DNA of 64,000 bases, taken from the NCBI GenBank assembly GCA_963677925.2, contig CAXXYH010000003.1:352001-416000 (forward strand), read 5' to 3'. A model generated the notes under the pieces. That model made no database searches. It was not told where the DNA came from and saw only the letters and a list, made by a program, of their open reading frames with translations. Source of the stretch: Spirochaetia bacterium. GTDB lineage: Bacteria; Spirochaetota; Spirochaetia; UBA9216. Of this stretch, positions 27,786 through 39,253 are shown one piece after another (position 1 is the first letter of the stretch; each line of letters begins with the position of its first letter). The position numbers and the translations under genes are program-made.

Positions 27786-29672
27786 TTATGCAGTGAAATC
27801 GGCATTTTTTTCCGGCAGTGGTAAATCAAGAATCACTCTGATTCTAGCATCATCAAGAGTTTCTTCTTCAACCAGTGCATCAGCCAATTTCACAAGCTGA
27901 TCTTTATTCTTTGTAAGTATATCAGTTGTTTCTTTAAGACAGTTATTTAAAATCTGCTTTATTTCAGCGTCAATCATATTAGCTGTTTCTTCAGAATAAT
28001 CCTTGTGTCTGGCTATTTCCTTACCTATAAAAATAGGTTCTTCGTCGCTGCCGTATGAAACAAATCCCAGCTTTTCAGACATACCCCATTCAGTAACCAT
28101 TCTTCTGGCAAGATTGGTTGCCTGCTCAATATCGTTCTTGGTTCCTGTAGTAGTCTGGCCGTATTCAATATTTTCGGCTACATAGCCGCCCATTGCAATC
28201 TTGATTCGGTCCAGCAGCCAGCCTTTATTCTTTGAATAAGAATCCTTCTCCGGAAGCGACATTGCAAGCCCTAGAGCCTGTCCATGCGGAATAACTGTAA
28301 CCTTGTGCAGGGGATCAGCATATTCAAGATGATAGTGCAGTAGAGCGTGTCCGGCTTCATGATAAGCAGTAGCCCTTTTCTCTTCGGGGCTGATCATACG
28401 GGATTTACGTGCTACACCCAGGAGTATTTTGTCACGGGCTTCCTCAAAATGTTCGCTGCTGACCTCATCAACACCATGCCTGCCTGCAAAAAGAGCGGCT
28501 TCATTTACAAGGTTTGCAAGATCTGCACCTGATGTCCCGGGAGTAGCTCTGGCTATTCTTTCAAGATCTACATCCGGTGCAAGATTTATCTTCTTTGCAT
28601 GAATACCCAGTATCGCCTTTCTTTCAATTAAATCAGGCATATCGACAACCACCTGACGGTCAAATCTACCCGGCCTTAGAAGCGCAGGGTCAAGAACGTC
28701 GGGCCGGTTTGTGGCGGCAAGTATTATAACGCCGTCCTTTGTATCGAAACCGTCCATTTCTACAAGCATCTGATTCAGGGTCTGTTCACGCTCATCATGA
28801 CCGCCTCCGTAACCTGCACCCCTGGTGCGTCCTACAGCATCAAGCTCATCAATGAACAGAATACAGGGAGCATTCTTGCGGCCCTGATCAAAAAGATCCC
28901 GAACTCTGCTGGCTCCGACACCTACAAACATTTCCACAAAATCCGAACCTGACATATGAAAAAAGTTTACACCCGCTTCACCGGCAGCCGCCTTTGCAAG
29001 AAGTGTTTTACCAGTACCCGGCATACCTACTAGCAGAACCCCCTTAGGAACTCTTGCTCCGAGTTTTCTGAACTTTTCAGGATTCTTCAGAAAGTCGACA
29101 ACTTCCTCAAGTTCATACTTGGCTTCCTGCTGCCCTGCTACATCGGCAAAGGTAATTTTTTTATCATTCTGGGTGTATCGCTTGGCCTTGCTTTTTCCGA
29201 AAGAGAAAGCCTTGTTTCCGCCGCCCTGCATCTGCCGAAGCATAAACCAGATGAATGCAAAACCGATAAGCCAGGGAACTATCTGAATAAATATGGTGGC
29301 AGCTGTGTTTCCTTTTTCTGCCCCCTCAACTATGACATTTTTATCTGTCAGTTTCTGCATCAGATAATCGTCATAATATGGAATTTCAGTTTCAAATACG
29401 GTCTTCTGTCCTGAAGGACTGCTCAGCGTACCCTGAATTGTTTTGTTATCAAAAATCTTCACAGCAGAAATCTGCCCTTCATCCAGATAGTTAAGAAAAG
29501 TTGAGTACGGGATCTCCATACCTGCATCTGAATCATTCACAAGAAACAGAATAAAAAACATTACAATTAATGCAAGAAGAAAGAATAATGCAAATTTGTT
29601 ATTATTGTTGAAATCGAAACCGGGCTTTTTGGGTTCTTTCTCCGGTCTGTTGTTATCCTTTTGGTCACTCAC
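27786..29672 (-). CDS. ftsH: ATP-dependent zinc metalloprotease FtsH
   Basis: Two [32 protein letters not shown]. Confidence 0.98.
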   Translation of the reverse strand: MSDQKDNNRPEKEPKKPGFDFNNNNKFALFFLLALIVMFFILFLVNDSDAGMEIPYSTFLNYLDEGQISAVKIFDNKTIQGTLSSPSGQKTVFETEIPYYDDYLMQKLTDKNVIVEGAEKGNTAATIFIQIVPWLIGFAFIWFMLRQMQGGGNKAFSFGKSKAKRYTQNDKKITFADVAGQQEAKYELEEVVDFLKNPEKFRKLGARVPKGVLLVGMPGTGKTLLAKAAAGEAGVNFFHMSGSDFVEMFVGVGASRVRDLFDQGRKNAPCILFIDELDAVGRTRGAGYGGGHDEREQTLNQMLVEMDGFDTKDGVIILAATNRPDVLDPALLRPGRFDRQVVVDMPDLIERKAILGIHAKKINLAPDVDLERIARATPGTSGADLANLVNEAALFAGRHGVDEVSSEHFEEARDKILLGVARKSRMISPEEKRATAYHEAGHALLHYHLEYADPLHKVTVIPHGQALGLAMSLPEKDSYSKNKGWLLDRIKIAMGGYVAENIEYGQTTTGTKNDIEQATNLARRMVTEWGMSEKLGFVSYGSDEEPIFIGKEIARHKDYSEETANMIDAEIKQILNNCLKETTDILTKNKDQLVKLADALVEEETLDDARIRVILDLPLPEKNADFTA

Positions 29673-31071
29673 CTGTTGTCTCCGTTAGCTTGCTTACTTT
29701 AAGATAAAAATCTTCAGTTTCATGACAGTCACCGCTGTCATAATCAGCAAGTTTATTATTATATCCAAGATGTTCACCTAAAACAGCAGCGACACCCTGT
29801 CTGTTTTCTATAACAGGAATAAGGTCTCTGTCTGCTGAAAGAACACCCCATTCACTGAATAATTTACCAAGATCTTTTAAACCTTCACGGATTCGGATTT
29901 TGTCACCTGAGCGGCAGTTTCTAACGACCATAGGGGAATCGGTCTTTCTGCAGCAGATTCTTAAATACCCGCAATCCCCGGGCGGCTCCTTTGAAACTTC
30001 AAGAAGAACCGAGTCTGCAATCCTTACAGTATCTTTATTCAGGTATAAAAGATAACTTTTTTTATGCTGATTTACAAGTCTTTGTACAAAAATATGATTA
30101 CGGGAAGTATATATCTGATAATCATTTGTCTTAAGAAGTATCATATTAGCCGGCCTGTTTTCAACAGAAACCGCAGCAGCAATAGAACTGTATGTAATAC
30201 GTTTTTCATCACTTATTTTTTTATCAGAAAGCAGCTTCATTAATGATTTTATCCTGATAATCCGGTGCTGTGAAAAAAAATCGGTCTTCCCTGTGCGGAA
30301 CACACCATTTTCAGATTCATCCCACACAATATTCTTCTTGACTATAGTCTCTATAAAATCATTATATTCAGCAGCCTGTGCAGTTAAAGACCTTATTCCT
30401 GTATATAATCCTGGAAAAGCATTTTTAATTTCGGGAATAAGATCATGCCTGATTCTATTGCGAAGAAAGTCGTTTTTATCATTTGTAGTATCAAGACTGA
30501 AACCAAGTTCTGTCTCGTCAATATAGGAAAGAACTTCAGATTTGGTAATACTAAGCATAGGCCGCAGAATCTTCCCGCGGACTGATGGGATCCCTGCCAG
30601 CCCCTGGATACCCGCTCCCTGAAACACGCGCATAAGAACAGTTTCAACCAGATCATCCATATTATGTCCTGTTGCAATATAGTCAACTTCATACCTTTCA
30701 GCACATTCTGCTAAAAACCTGTACCTGAAAAACCTGGCGGCATCTTCGATTCCGGTCCTGTATTCACTGGAATAAGTCGCTATCTCACCATCTGCAGCTT
30801 CACCAATTTCATATTCTATCCCCAGTCTTTTAGAAAAGTGTCTGATATAAGTCACTTCCGACTCAAGTTCTTCCGGCTCGCGAAGCTTATGATTAAAATA
30901 GCCACATACAATATGCAGATCATAATTCGGAATATTTTTTAATATATGAGCAAGTGCTGTTGAATCAGGACCGCCTGAAAAGGCCAGCAGAATTTTAACT
31001 TTAGAGGGAATGTTCTGAGAAATTAAAAAATCTTCAACTTTTTTTTCAACGATTTTTCTGATTGATTTCAT
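29665..31071 (-). CDS. tilS: tRNA(Ile)-lysidine synthetase
   Basis: AFSGGPDS PP-loop, ARxxRY, TGHNMDD, RNRIRH. Confidence 0.95.
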   Translation of the reverse strand: MKSIRKIVEKKVEDFLISQNIPSKVKILLAFSGGPDSTALAHILKNIPNYDLHIVCGYFNHKLREPEELESEVTYIRHFSKRLGIEYEIGEAADGEIATYSSEYRTGIEDAARFFRYRFLAECAERYEVDYIATGHNMDDLVETVLMRVFQGAGIQGLAGIPSVRGKILRPMLSITKSEVLSYIDETELGFSLDTTNDKNDFLRNRIRHDLIPEIKNAFPGLYTGIRSLTAQAAEYNDFIETIVKKNIVWDESENGVFRTGKTDFFSQHRIIRIKSLMKLLSDKKISDEKRITYSSIAAAVSVENRPANMILLKTNDYQIYTSRNHIFVQRLVNQHKKSYLLYLNKDTVRIADSVLLEVSKEPPGDCGYLRICCRKTDSPMVVRNCRSGDKIRIREGLKDLGKLFSEWGVLSADRDLIPVIENRQGVAAVLGEHLGYNNKLADYDSGDCHETEDFYLKVSKLTETTGE

Positions 31072-31627
31072 TCATAACCTGCTCAAAACTTTTCTCTGAC
31101 AGGTTTAAGAGCGCTTCAGCAGCCCTATCCAGGGAATCAGTGTATTCCTTAAGCTCCTGCCCTTCCATCCTGCCTAGAACATGCTCGATGGTATTATTGC
31201 TGTCTCTTCCGACACCAATATACATTCGTGCAAATTCACCGGTCCCCGCATATGCAATGATTGACTTAAGTCCGTTATGCCCGGCACTGGAACCATTCTT
31301 CTTGAGTCTGATTTTACCAGGTTTAAGATCCATATTGTCACAGACAATTATAACCTGATCAATTGAGGTTTTTGATTTCTGCATACAGTAATTAAGGACT
31401 TGTCCGGACAGGTTCATATAAGTCAGAGGCATGGCAAGTGATATGTCAGTATTCCCATGAATACCATGACCAATCATTACCGGTTTAAGAAAAGGTTTTT
31501 TGAAAGAGATACCAAGTTTCTCGGCGATTCTGTTAATTGTATCAAACCCGGCATTATGCCGTGTATTTTGATAATCAGGGCCGGGATTACCCAGCCCTAT
31601 TATAAGCAGTTTACTGTTATTCTGCAC
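31046..31627 (-). CDS. pth: peptidyl-tRNA hydrolase
   Basis: GLGNPG, TRHNAGF, TYMNLSG, GHNGLKS; GTG 31627 preferred as start. Confidence 0.95.
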   Translation of the reverse strand: MQNNSKLLIIGLGNPGPDYQNTRHNAGFDTINRIAEKLGISFKKPFLKPVMIGHGIHGNTDISLAMPLTYMNLSGQVLNYCMQKSKTSIDQVIIVCDNMDLKPGKIRLKKNGSSAGHNGLKSIIAYAGTGEFARMYIGVGRDSNNTIEHVLGRMEGQELKEYTDSLDRAAEALLNLSEKSFEQVMNEINQKNR

Positions 31628-32231
31628 TTTCCTCTGCTTCTTCGCCTTCAGCCTCATCTTCTTCAGCTGCTTCAACTGACTGTTTGACAACTGTTACAGA
31701 AACTACTGAAAGGTCCTCAGCACTGAGGATTTTAACTCCTTCAGGAACGACTACATCTCCAACATGGATAGCGTCTCCTGAAAGAAGATTCTTAACATCA
31801 ATTTCAATTGCTTCGGGAATATCCTTAGGAAGACATTCTACTTCAAACTCATGCATCTGCTGTTCAAGAACACCGCCTTCTTTAACACCCTTTGCAGTTC
31901 CAACAAGGTGAATAGGTACATGTGTTTTAAGAGTCTTACCTCTTTCAATCTCAAAGAAATCTACATGTTTAATCTGACCCTTGACAATATCTTCCTGAAA
32001 ATCCTTGATGAGAACATCATATTCTTTTCCTTCAACATTGACAGTAATAATTGTACTTTCAGAATTCTTTCCGAATTTTCTCATAAACTCTCTTTCATCA
32101 AGAGATACATGAACGGGTTCTGAATGCCCGTAAATAACTGCCGGAATTTTACCAGCGTTTCTGATCCTTTTGGCTGCACTCTTCCTGAACTCAGTTCTGG
32201 CTACAGCGCTGAAGGTTTTATTGTCTTCCAT
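31617..32231 (-). CDS. rplY: 50S ribosomal protein L25/Ctc
   Basis: IPAVIYG, HVDFF, GVKEGG, acidic tail. Confidence 0.95.
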   Translation of the reverse strand: MEDNKTFSAVARTEFRKSAAKRIRNAGKIPAVIYGHSEPVHVSLDEREFMRKFGKNSESTIITVNVEGKEYDVLIKDFQEDIVKGQIKHVDFFEIERGKTLKTHVPIHLVGTAKGVKEGGVLEQQMHEFEVECLPKDIPEAIEIDVKNLLSGDAIHVGDVVVPEGVKILSAEDLSVVSVTVVKQSVEAAEEDEAEGEEAEESAE

Positions 32232-32273
32232 TTCTGGTTCTCCTTACCCTGTTTTAAGTTGTTAATATTTATA

Positions 32274-32346
32274 CTGGGACGGCAGGATTCGAACCTGCGT
32301 ATGCCGGCTCCAAAAACCGGAGGCTTAACCGCTTGCCGACGTCCCA
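32274..32346 (-). tRNA. tRNA-Gln(TTG)
   Basis: Reverse complement TGGGACG...CCGGT-TTTTGGA-GCCGG...GGTTCGAATCC...CGTCCCAG. Confidence 0.95.
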
Positions 32347-32434
32347 AGAATAATTCATTTTCTGGTAACAGACAAGTTATAAGCCTACGATAGCGGAGTT
32401 TTTTTAGATAAGTACCTGTAATAGTTCGTATTAC

Positions 32435-32728
32435 TTAGATGTCCTCAGATTCCAGCATGATAGTTGAGTCATCTGTCAGAGCTTTTTCATACTCTTCAAG
32501 AATCCTCTGCTGAAGAAGACCACGGAAATCCGAATTTATCGGATGAGCTACATCTTTGTATTCTCCGGTTTTGGTCTTCCTGCTCGGCATCGCTATAAAC
32601 GCTCCATTTTTGCCTTCAATAACTTTAACATTGTGGACAACAAAACAATCCTCAAAAGTCACTGTTACATAAGCCCGCAGTTTCCCGTCAGCACTAACTC
32701 TCCGAATACGGATATCAGTAATGTCCAT
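32435..32728 (-). CDS. spoVG: SpoVG nucleic-acid-binding regulator
   Basis: [25 protein letters not shown]. Confidence 0.96.
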   Translation of the reverse strand: MDITDIRIRRVSADGKLRAYVTVTFEDCFVVHNVKVIEGKNGAFIAMPSRKTKTGEYKDVAHPINSDFRGLLQQRILEEYEKALTDDSTIMLESEDI

Positions 32729-32763
32729 ACACCTCTCCTTGCTTGTACATTAATCAGGCATAA

Positions 32764-33645
32764 TTATTCTAATATGGCATATGGAATTCTATCAAGCGAT
32801 TTTATTTTCTTAACGAATTTATATTCGGTTTTAAGGGCTTCATAAGCCCTATCAGCATCATATTCACAGTCAAACAGACCAAAAACAACAGATCCGCTGC
32901 CTGTCAGGCTACTGTAGCAGGATCCCTGTGCATATAATTTACTGATAATATTTGAAAAAATATCATTACCATCACTAACTGCTGCAAGAAAATCATTGCA
33001 GAAAGAGGTCCTGAAAAGACCGGGTGCAGGTAAAACCTTTATCATAGTATCATCCGGAAGAAATGATTCTTTGTATTCTGCGGTACGCGCTAATTTTGAA
33101 TAAGCACCGCCTGTAGATATCTGAACATCAGGCTGTATGACAAGCATGTTATAAATACCATTAAAATCCAGAGCTTTGACTTTCTCACCGCGGCCCTTGA
33201 TTAAACTGTAAGGACTGCTGAAAAAAAGAGGAATATCACTGCCTATTCCGGCACCTATTTCCGAAAGCTGCTCTAAACTCATTGGATTACCTTCAAGAAA
33301 ATTCAAAGCCTTAAGTATTGCCGCCGCATCAGAAGATCCGCCGCCCATACCGGCCTGCGAAGGTATTTTCTTTTCTACCCTTACACGAATACCAATTTTA
33401 TTTCCGGATGCTTCACAATAGCTTTGCCAGGCTTTAAATATTAAATTATCCTGAGCTTTACAGTCAAAGCTACCTTCTATCTCGCATCTGTTACCAGTTT
33501 TCAAAGAACTTATGGACAAACTGTCGCAAAGATCAACAATTGTAACAAGCGAGCATATTTCATGATAACCATCCTGCCTTTTTCTTCCAACCTGCAGGTG
33601 CAGATTCAGTTTTGCAGGTGCCTCGATAAAACATACCCTGTCCAT
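32764..33645 (-). CDS. ispE: 4-diphosphocytidyl-2-C-methyl-D-erythritol kinase
   Basis: APAKLNLHL, KKIPSQAGMGGGSSDAA, LTGSGS. Confidence 0.95.
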   Translation of the reverse strand: MDRVCFIEAPAKLNLHLQVGRKRQDGYHEICSLVTIVDLCDSLSISSLKTGNRCEIEGSFDCKAQDNLIFKAWQSYCEASGNKIGIRVRVEKKIPSQAGMGGGSSDAAAILKALNFLEGNPMSLEQLSEIGAGIGSDIPLFFSSPYSLIKGRGEKVKALDFNGIYNMLVIQPDVQISTGGAYSKLARTAEYKESFLPDDTMIKVLPAPGLFRTSFCNDFLAAVSDGNDIFSNIISKLYAQGSCYSSLTGSGSVVFGLFDCEYDADRAYEALKTEYKFVKKIKSLDRIPYAILE

Positions 33646-33753
33646 AATGTCAGACTATTATACTGATAATAGTAATACTGTCAATTACTGTATATATAAC
33701 ATTTTATTCTAAATGATTTGACACAATGGATGTATATTCCTATACTTCATTTT

Positions 33754-34224
33754 ATGGGAAACAGTAATCTAGAGCTAATAAGTAATGCCTGTCTGGAAGT
33801 CTTTGTTGAGAACGGGCTAAGTCAGATAGACATAAATACCACAGGTGTATCTTTTGACAAATCCAACATAACAGCAACCATCGGAATTACCGGTGATGTA
33901 CACGGGCACCTAATCCTTTTTTCAAAACTCGACACCGCAGTTTCACTTGTAGAAGAGATTTTCAGAAACATGGGAATGCACGACGAAAAGATTGAACCCG
34001 GAGATCAGATGTTCAAGGAAACATTTGCCGAACTTCTCAATCAGCTTGGAGGAAGATCCACCATTAAACTTTCAGAAGCCGGTATTGACTCCGATATCAC
34101 CCCTCCAACTATCATTAAGGGTGATAATATTTTCATTGATACCAAGTCATACGGTTCAACAGCTATAATAAAAATTGCCGGGAATTTCGGAAGTATGGGA
34201 CTCTTTGTCGGACTTAAAAATTAA
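33754..34224 (+). CDS. cheX: CheX-family chemotaxis phosphatase
   Basis: IGITGDVHG, ELLNQLGG (ExxN), DITPPTII. The ORF-track start TTG 33718 is the -35 box TTGACA; ATG 33754 follows TATACT 33741-33746. Confidence 0.85.
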   Translation: MGNSNLELISNACLEVFVENGLSQIDINTTGVSFDKSNITATIGITGDVHGHLILFSKLDTAVSLVEEIFRNMGMHDEKIEPGDQMFKETFAELLNQLGGRSTIKLSEAGIDSDITPPTIIKGDNIFIDTKSYGSTAIIKIAGNFGSMGLFVGLKN

Positions 34225-34318
34225 TACAACAAATTAAATAAATATAGTTGACAATAGCCTTTTCTTCTACTTAGATTAAGTTTAAGAGAATAACAATAGT
34301 TCATGGAGAGGGCTTAAC

Positions 34319-34600
34319 ATGTCTGAAGGAAACGACTTCTATTACGCCAGTGATGATGATTTTGATGATCGGTATCACGATGATGATGACTTCTACGAAG
34401 ACAATTTTGACAATTATGATTCAGAATATGATGAAGAGTACGACGAGTTTGACGAAGACGACGAAGAGCTTGAAAACTCTGCAGATGAGGATTTTGAAGA
34501 GGAAGAGTACAACGATTCATACGATGATGATCTGGAATATGACGACGATGACGATCTGGAATATGACGGAGGCGTTGATTACGACGATTTTGACGAATAA
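34319..34600 (+). CDS. 93-aa hyperacidic Asp/Glu/Tyr/Phe-rich protein
   Basis: TTGACA at 34248 with TAGATT 18 nt later, GGAGAGG RBS, ATG 34319; by my count 52 of 93 residues are D/E; fills the gap between cheX and rsfS. Confidence 0.75.
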   Translation: MSEGNDFYYASDDDFDDRYHDDDDFYEDNFDNYDSEYDEEYDEFDEDDEELENSADEDFEEEEYNDSYDDDLEYDDDDDLEYDGGVDYDDFDE

Positions 34601-34941
34601 ACAGATTTCCCATTAAACCAGAGCTTTTCAAGATCATAAAAATCTCTGGTTTCTTCATCAAATAGATGAATAACCATAAATCCGCAGTCGATGAAAAGCC
34701 ATGAGTAATCATCGACTTTTTTATGCCTGTTTCGGAACTCAAGTTCATTTTCAGATAGATAATTCCTAATATTTTTCAGCAAACCTCTCATATGCCCCTG
34801 ACTGTTTACAGTGGCTATTATGAAATAATCAGTCCAGCTGTTCTGATCGCGTAAATCTATTGCTATAACATCCCTGGCTTTATGTTCTTCTATTATCTGT
34901 GCAGTCTGGCGTACCAGCTCATTCTTTGCAGTATCTTCCAT
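34579..34941 (-). CDS. rsfS: ribosome silencing factor
   Basis: TDYFIIAT, WLFIDCG, IHLF, RDFYDLEKLW. Confidence 0.93.
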   Translation of the reverse strand: MEDTAKNELVRQTAQIIEEHKARDVIAIDLRDQNSWTDYFIIATVNSQGHMRGLLKNIRNYLSENELEFRNRHKKVDDYSWLFIDCGFMVIHLFDEETRDFYDLEKLWFNGKSVYSSKSS

Positions 34942-36115
34942 CAAAATCCTTACCTAAAATTATAATAACATCATATTCATATTCGTTTATATCTTCGGGC
35001 AATTCAATACCCTCGGAACCGGCAAGTACATTGCCGCATTTTATTATGTTAGCAGCACGCTGAGCCTGCGCTATATCACTTCCTCTGTTTATCACAAGAG
35101 TCTTTTCAATCTCACCGTCATAATTTCCAATATTCGCAACATCATAACCAAAACTCTGAAAAACCTGCGAAGTTCTGGAAGCCAGTCCGTTTACAGCTGT
35201 TCCATTAAGTATCTGGAGAGCAATATTCAGTTCATCGGTACTTACAACCTCTATATTTGCAATGGAACTGACAGTCTGTTTAACAGTTTCTTTCAGAAGA
35301 TTGCCGTCATAGTGCCTGAAAAGCAGAACCTGATCATCAACAGACCTCTTCACCCCTAAAACCCGCTGAAAAACTATTCGACCAGTATCCATTTTTTCAG
35401 ATTCTGTTATAAAGGCTCTGAATGAATCACGGTCAATATTGGTCTCCATAGTCTTATAAAGGTAAGGAAACATCCGGTTATTCAGAAGCTCTGAACCTCT
35501 ATCCTGAAAAGTTTTTAAAAGTGACTGAATAAACTTTTCATGCCGTCCGCTTTTATCAATATCCGATTCTTCAGGATCCTCATAAGTTAGAAATGTTTCA
35601 GCCTTATCGCCGTCAAGTATAATACTTCCGGAAGGTAAAAGAACTGTGCGTCCGGGTTCCAGAATCTCAACCGGATTGGCTATAAACATTTCAAGCCCTT
35701 CAACAACATCAATCATGTCAGGAACTTCGCTGATATCCATCAATATATAAAAAGGTATTTCCTGATCGGTAATATTTTCAAGCTCAGAAATATACTCATC
35801 AGGATTTCCGGGCTCAAACAAAGTATCAATCCTGTCAATTTTCCCAAGTTTCTGAATAATAACCCCGGTTTCGCCGGGAATATCAAGCAGAGCCGCCTTA
35901 GCTGTTGCCGGATTATAAAACAGAATTTCAGTAAAAAGCAGCTTATCTTCATCATGAACAAGTATAACTATATTAATCTCATCACCGTTAACAACCATTT
36001 CAGTAATCTGATCAGTTCTGGTTCTGTCAAGAACAAGAAACACGGTAACTCCGATTATAATTACAATTACAACAAGGATAATCCAGCTTTTTTCAAATTC
36101 TATTTTATTCTTCAA
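34919..36115 (-). CDS. LCP-family protein with C-terminal LytR_C domain
   Basis: N-terminal TM; LLDIPGET, LDGDKA; ILNGTAVNGLA...IILGKDF. Confidence 0.8.
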   Translation of the reverse strand: MKNKIEFEKSWIILVVIVIIIGVTVFLVLDRTRTDQITEMVVNGDEINIVILVHDEDKLLFTEILFYNPATAKAALLDIPGETGVIIQKLGKIDRIDTLFEPGNPDEYISELENITDQEIPFYILMDISEVPDMIDVVEGLEMFIANPVEILEPGRTVLLPSGSIILDGDKAETFLTYEDPEESDIDKSGRHEKFIQSLLKTFQDRGSELLNNRMFPYLYKTMETNIDRDSFRAFITESEKMDTGRIVFQRVLGVKRSVDDQVLLFRHYDGNLLKETVKQTVSSIANIEVVSTDELNIALQILNGTAVNGLASRTSQVFQSFGYDVANIGNYDGEIEKTLVINRGSDIAQAQRAANIIKCGNVLAGSEGIELPEDINEYEYDVIIILGKDFDGRYCKE

Positions 36116-36116
36116 A

Positions 36117-36686
36117 TCAGCTCACCTTTTTTTCGAGTTCATGATATAACATAAAAGTCTGTTCAGCAACCGAATAGCCTTTAGAGCGACAGTAGGCAAT
36201 ACTGTTTCGCACAACTTCCATGACCAGCCGGTTTAGATTCATTTCACGAATACGGGCCCTGAAATTATTATCTATATGAGTCCGTCCCGGTTCAATATAA
36301 TCAGCAACATACAAAACAGAAGACAGTTCAGACATATCTCGTTTCCCGGTCGTATGCCATCTTATAGCCTCCAGGATATCTTCATCCTGAATATTAAACT
36401 GTTCCTTTGCAATAACAGCTCCTGCTCTTCCATGTAAAAGTACAGGATATTCTTTTTCAATATCACTTATACCATATCCGTCATTCTTTACTTTATCGAA
36501 CACCGTATCGTAATCAAGCTCACGTCCAATATCATGAAGCAGCCCTGCAACTCTTCCTTTTTCAGGATCACAGCCGTATAAACGACAGAGTTTTTCAGCA
36601 GTTTCAGCAGTACGTCTTGAATGCAGAAATCTTTTTTCCTTCAAATTGTTTCTGAGATAATTTTCTATCTCTTCTTCAACAGGCAT
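36117..36686 (-). CDS. yqeK: HD-domain Ap4A hydrolase YqeK
   Basis: RFLHS, GLLHD, LLHG, WHTTG, ADYIEPGR; ATG 36686 directly after the nadD stop. Confidence 0.9.
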   Translation of the reverse strand: MPVEEEIENYLRNNLKEKRFLHSRRTAETAEKLCRLYGCDPEKGRVAGLLHDIGRELDYDTVFDKVKNDGYGISDIEKEYPVLLHGRAGAVIAKEQFNIQDEDILEAIRWHTTGKRDMSELSSVLYVADYIEPGRTHIDNNFRARIREMNLNRLVMEVVRNSIAYCRSKGYSVAEQTFMLYHELEKKVS

Positions 36687-36687
36687 A

Positions 36688-37272
36688 TTAACTGTCTCCG
36701 TATAATTTATTCTCCAGAATATATTCATAAACGCCGTCAGGCATTAAAAATCGACAGGCTCTGCCTGTTTTTATCCGGTTTCGAATATCGCTGGATGAGA
36801 TTTCTAAATAGAGATTTTCAAAAGTAATATGTTCGTAACTAAAATTTCCAGAAACGCCCTCCCCTCTGTCGGCTATTATAAGCCTTGCCTCAGAGGCAAT
36901 TTCTTCCGGACATTTCCATTTTTCGAACCCGTTTACAAGATCATCTCCTATGAGTAATCCCGGTCTCTCGTTTAAATTATACTTTTTTCTGATATACCGT
37001 ATTGTATCAATAGTATATGAAACACCACCCCTGTCTATCTCACAGGTTTCTATAATGAATCTGCGGTCTTTAACGGCCAGTTCAAGCATTCTGATCCGAT
37101 GCTCTGGAGATATAACCTGTTTTTCTTTTTTATGAGGTGATATGAAGGACGGAACAAGAATAAGCCGTTCCGCCTTATAATGCAGTAAAACATCCTCTGC
37201 AAGCTGCATATGCCCATTATGCACAGGATCATAGGTTCCGCCCGCAATAATAGTTTTTATCTGTTCAGCCAT
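36688..37272 (-). CDS. nadD: nicotinate-nucleotide adenylyltransferase
   Basis: GGTYDPVHNGH, SPHK, SYTIDT, ISSSDIR. Confidence 0.95.
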   Translation of the reverse strand: MAEQIKTIIAGGTYDPVHNGHMQLAEDVLLHYKAERLILVPSFISPHKKEKQVISPEHRIRMLELAVKDRRFIIETCEIDRGGVSYTIDTIRYIRKKYNLNERPGLLIGDDLVNGFEKWKCPEEIASEARLIIADRGEGVSGNFSYEHITFENLYLEISSSDIRNRIKTGRACRFLMPDGVYEYILENKLYGDS

Positions 37273-37277
37273 AGCCT

Positions 37278-38258
<981 letters not shown>

Positions 38259-38265
38259 TTATTAC

Positions 38266-38520
38266 TTATTCGCCTGGAACTACAGAAACGAACTTCCTTC
38301 CCATTCTGTCTTTAAATTCTACTGTCCCGTCAACTTTTGCGAAAAGTGTATCATCTTTTCCCTTGCCGACATTAGTTCCCGGATGAATTTTTGTGCCGCG
38401 CTGTCTAACGAGGATCTCTCCTCCGTTTACTACTTCGCCGCCGAATCTTTTTACACCCAGTCTCTGAGCGTTGGAATCTCTTCCGTTTTTACTGCTTCCG
38501 CCACCTTTTTTATGTGCCAT
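38266..38520 (-). CDS. rpmA: 50S ribosomal protein L27
   Basis: [21 protein letters not shown]. Confidence 0.98.
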   Translation of the reverse strand: MAHKKGGGSSKNGRDSNAQRLGVKRFGGEVVNGGEILVRQRGTKIHPGTNVGKGKDDTLFAKVDGTVEFKDRMGRKFVSVVPGE

Positions 38521-38542
38521 TTACAGCTCCTTGATTACTGAA

Positions 38543-38866
38543 TTATAGAAATTTAATGATGCATTCATCAGGATAATCTTTCTCTGTTTCAATAAGTCCT
38601 GCTAAAAGCACATCAGTGAGACCTTTCAGCCAGTCACTGTTGAGCTTTGATGCATCAACTGAAAATTCAAGACTGCCGGGCCGGTCTGCGCTTCCCCTCA
38701 GAATTGCAGTACCGCAGCATTCAAATGCTCTGACAGCCCCGCGCAGCTGTGCTGAAACAGCCGCACATGCAATGCTCACTCCATCATCACGCATTTCTGC
38801 ATGACCTACGGACTTAAGCTTCTCAAGATTACCGCTTTTATCAAGCGTAATCTCCAGATTTATCAA
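38543..38866 (-). CDS. prp: ribosomal-processing cysteine protease Prp-like protein
   Basis: GHA...IACAAVS motif and C-terminal YP; lies between rplU and rpmA. Confidence 0.85.
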   Translation of the reverse strand: MINLEITLDKSGNLEKLKSVGHAEMRDDGVSIACAAVSAQLRGAVRAFECCGTAILRGSADRPGSLEFSVDASKLNSDWLKGLTDVLLAGLIETEKDYPDECIIKFL

Positions 38867-38867
38867 G

Positions 38868-39179
38868 TCAGGCTCCGACTATATCTTCTACTCTGACTGT
38901 TGTGTACTGCTGTCTGTGACCCTTTCTAAGACTGTAGTTTTTTCTTCTCTTATATTTGAAGATTTTAACCTTCTTGCCTTTTACCTGATCTTCAACAACT
39001 GCTGTTACTTTGGCACCTGCAACATATGGAGTACCGACTTTAACATCGTCTCCGCTTAAAAACAGAACGGAATCAAACTCAACTTTTGAGCCGTTTTCGC
39101 TATCTATTTTATCAACCCTGAGCAGGCTGCCTTTTTCCGCTTTGTACTGTTTTCCCTTAATTTCAACCAGTGCGTACAT
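38868..39179 (-). CDS. rplU: 50S ribosomal protein L21
   Basis: MYALVEIKGKQY, KYKRRKNY, GHRQ. Confidence 0.98.
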   Translation of the reverse strand: MYALVEIKGKQYKAEKGSLLRVDKIDSENGSKVEFDSVLFLSGDDVKVGTPYVAGAKVTAVVEDQVKGKKVKIFKYKRRKNYSLRKGHRQQYTTVRVEDIVGA

Positions 39180-39253
39180 TTATCCAACCTTAATCTAAAT
39201 TATCTGAATTGATTATATACCATGATAATAGACAAATAGTCAAGACAGAGTAT

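Noticed and set aside
34314-34748. His/Arg-rich 144-aa minus ORF and Met/Thr-rich 88-aa plus ORF
   Set aside because: Alternative-frame readings of the GAY/GAR-rich acidic gene; only the acidic frame has an RBS-ATG pairing
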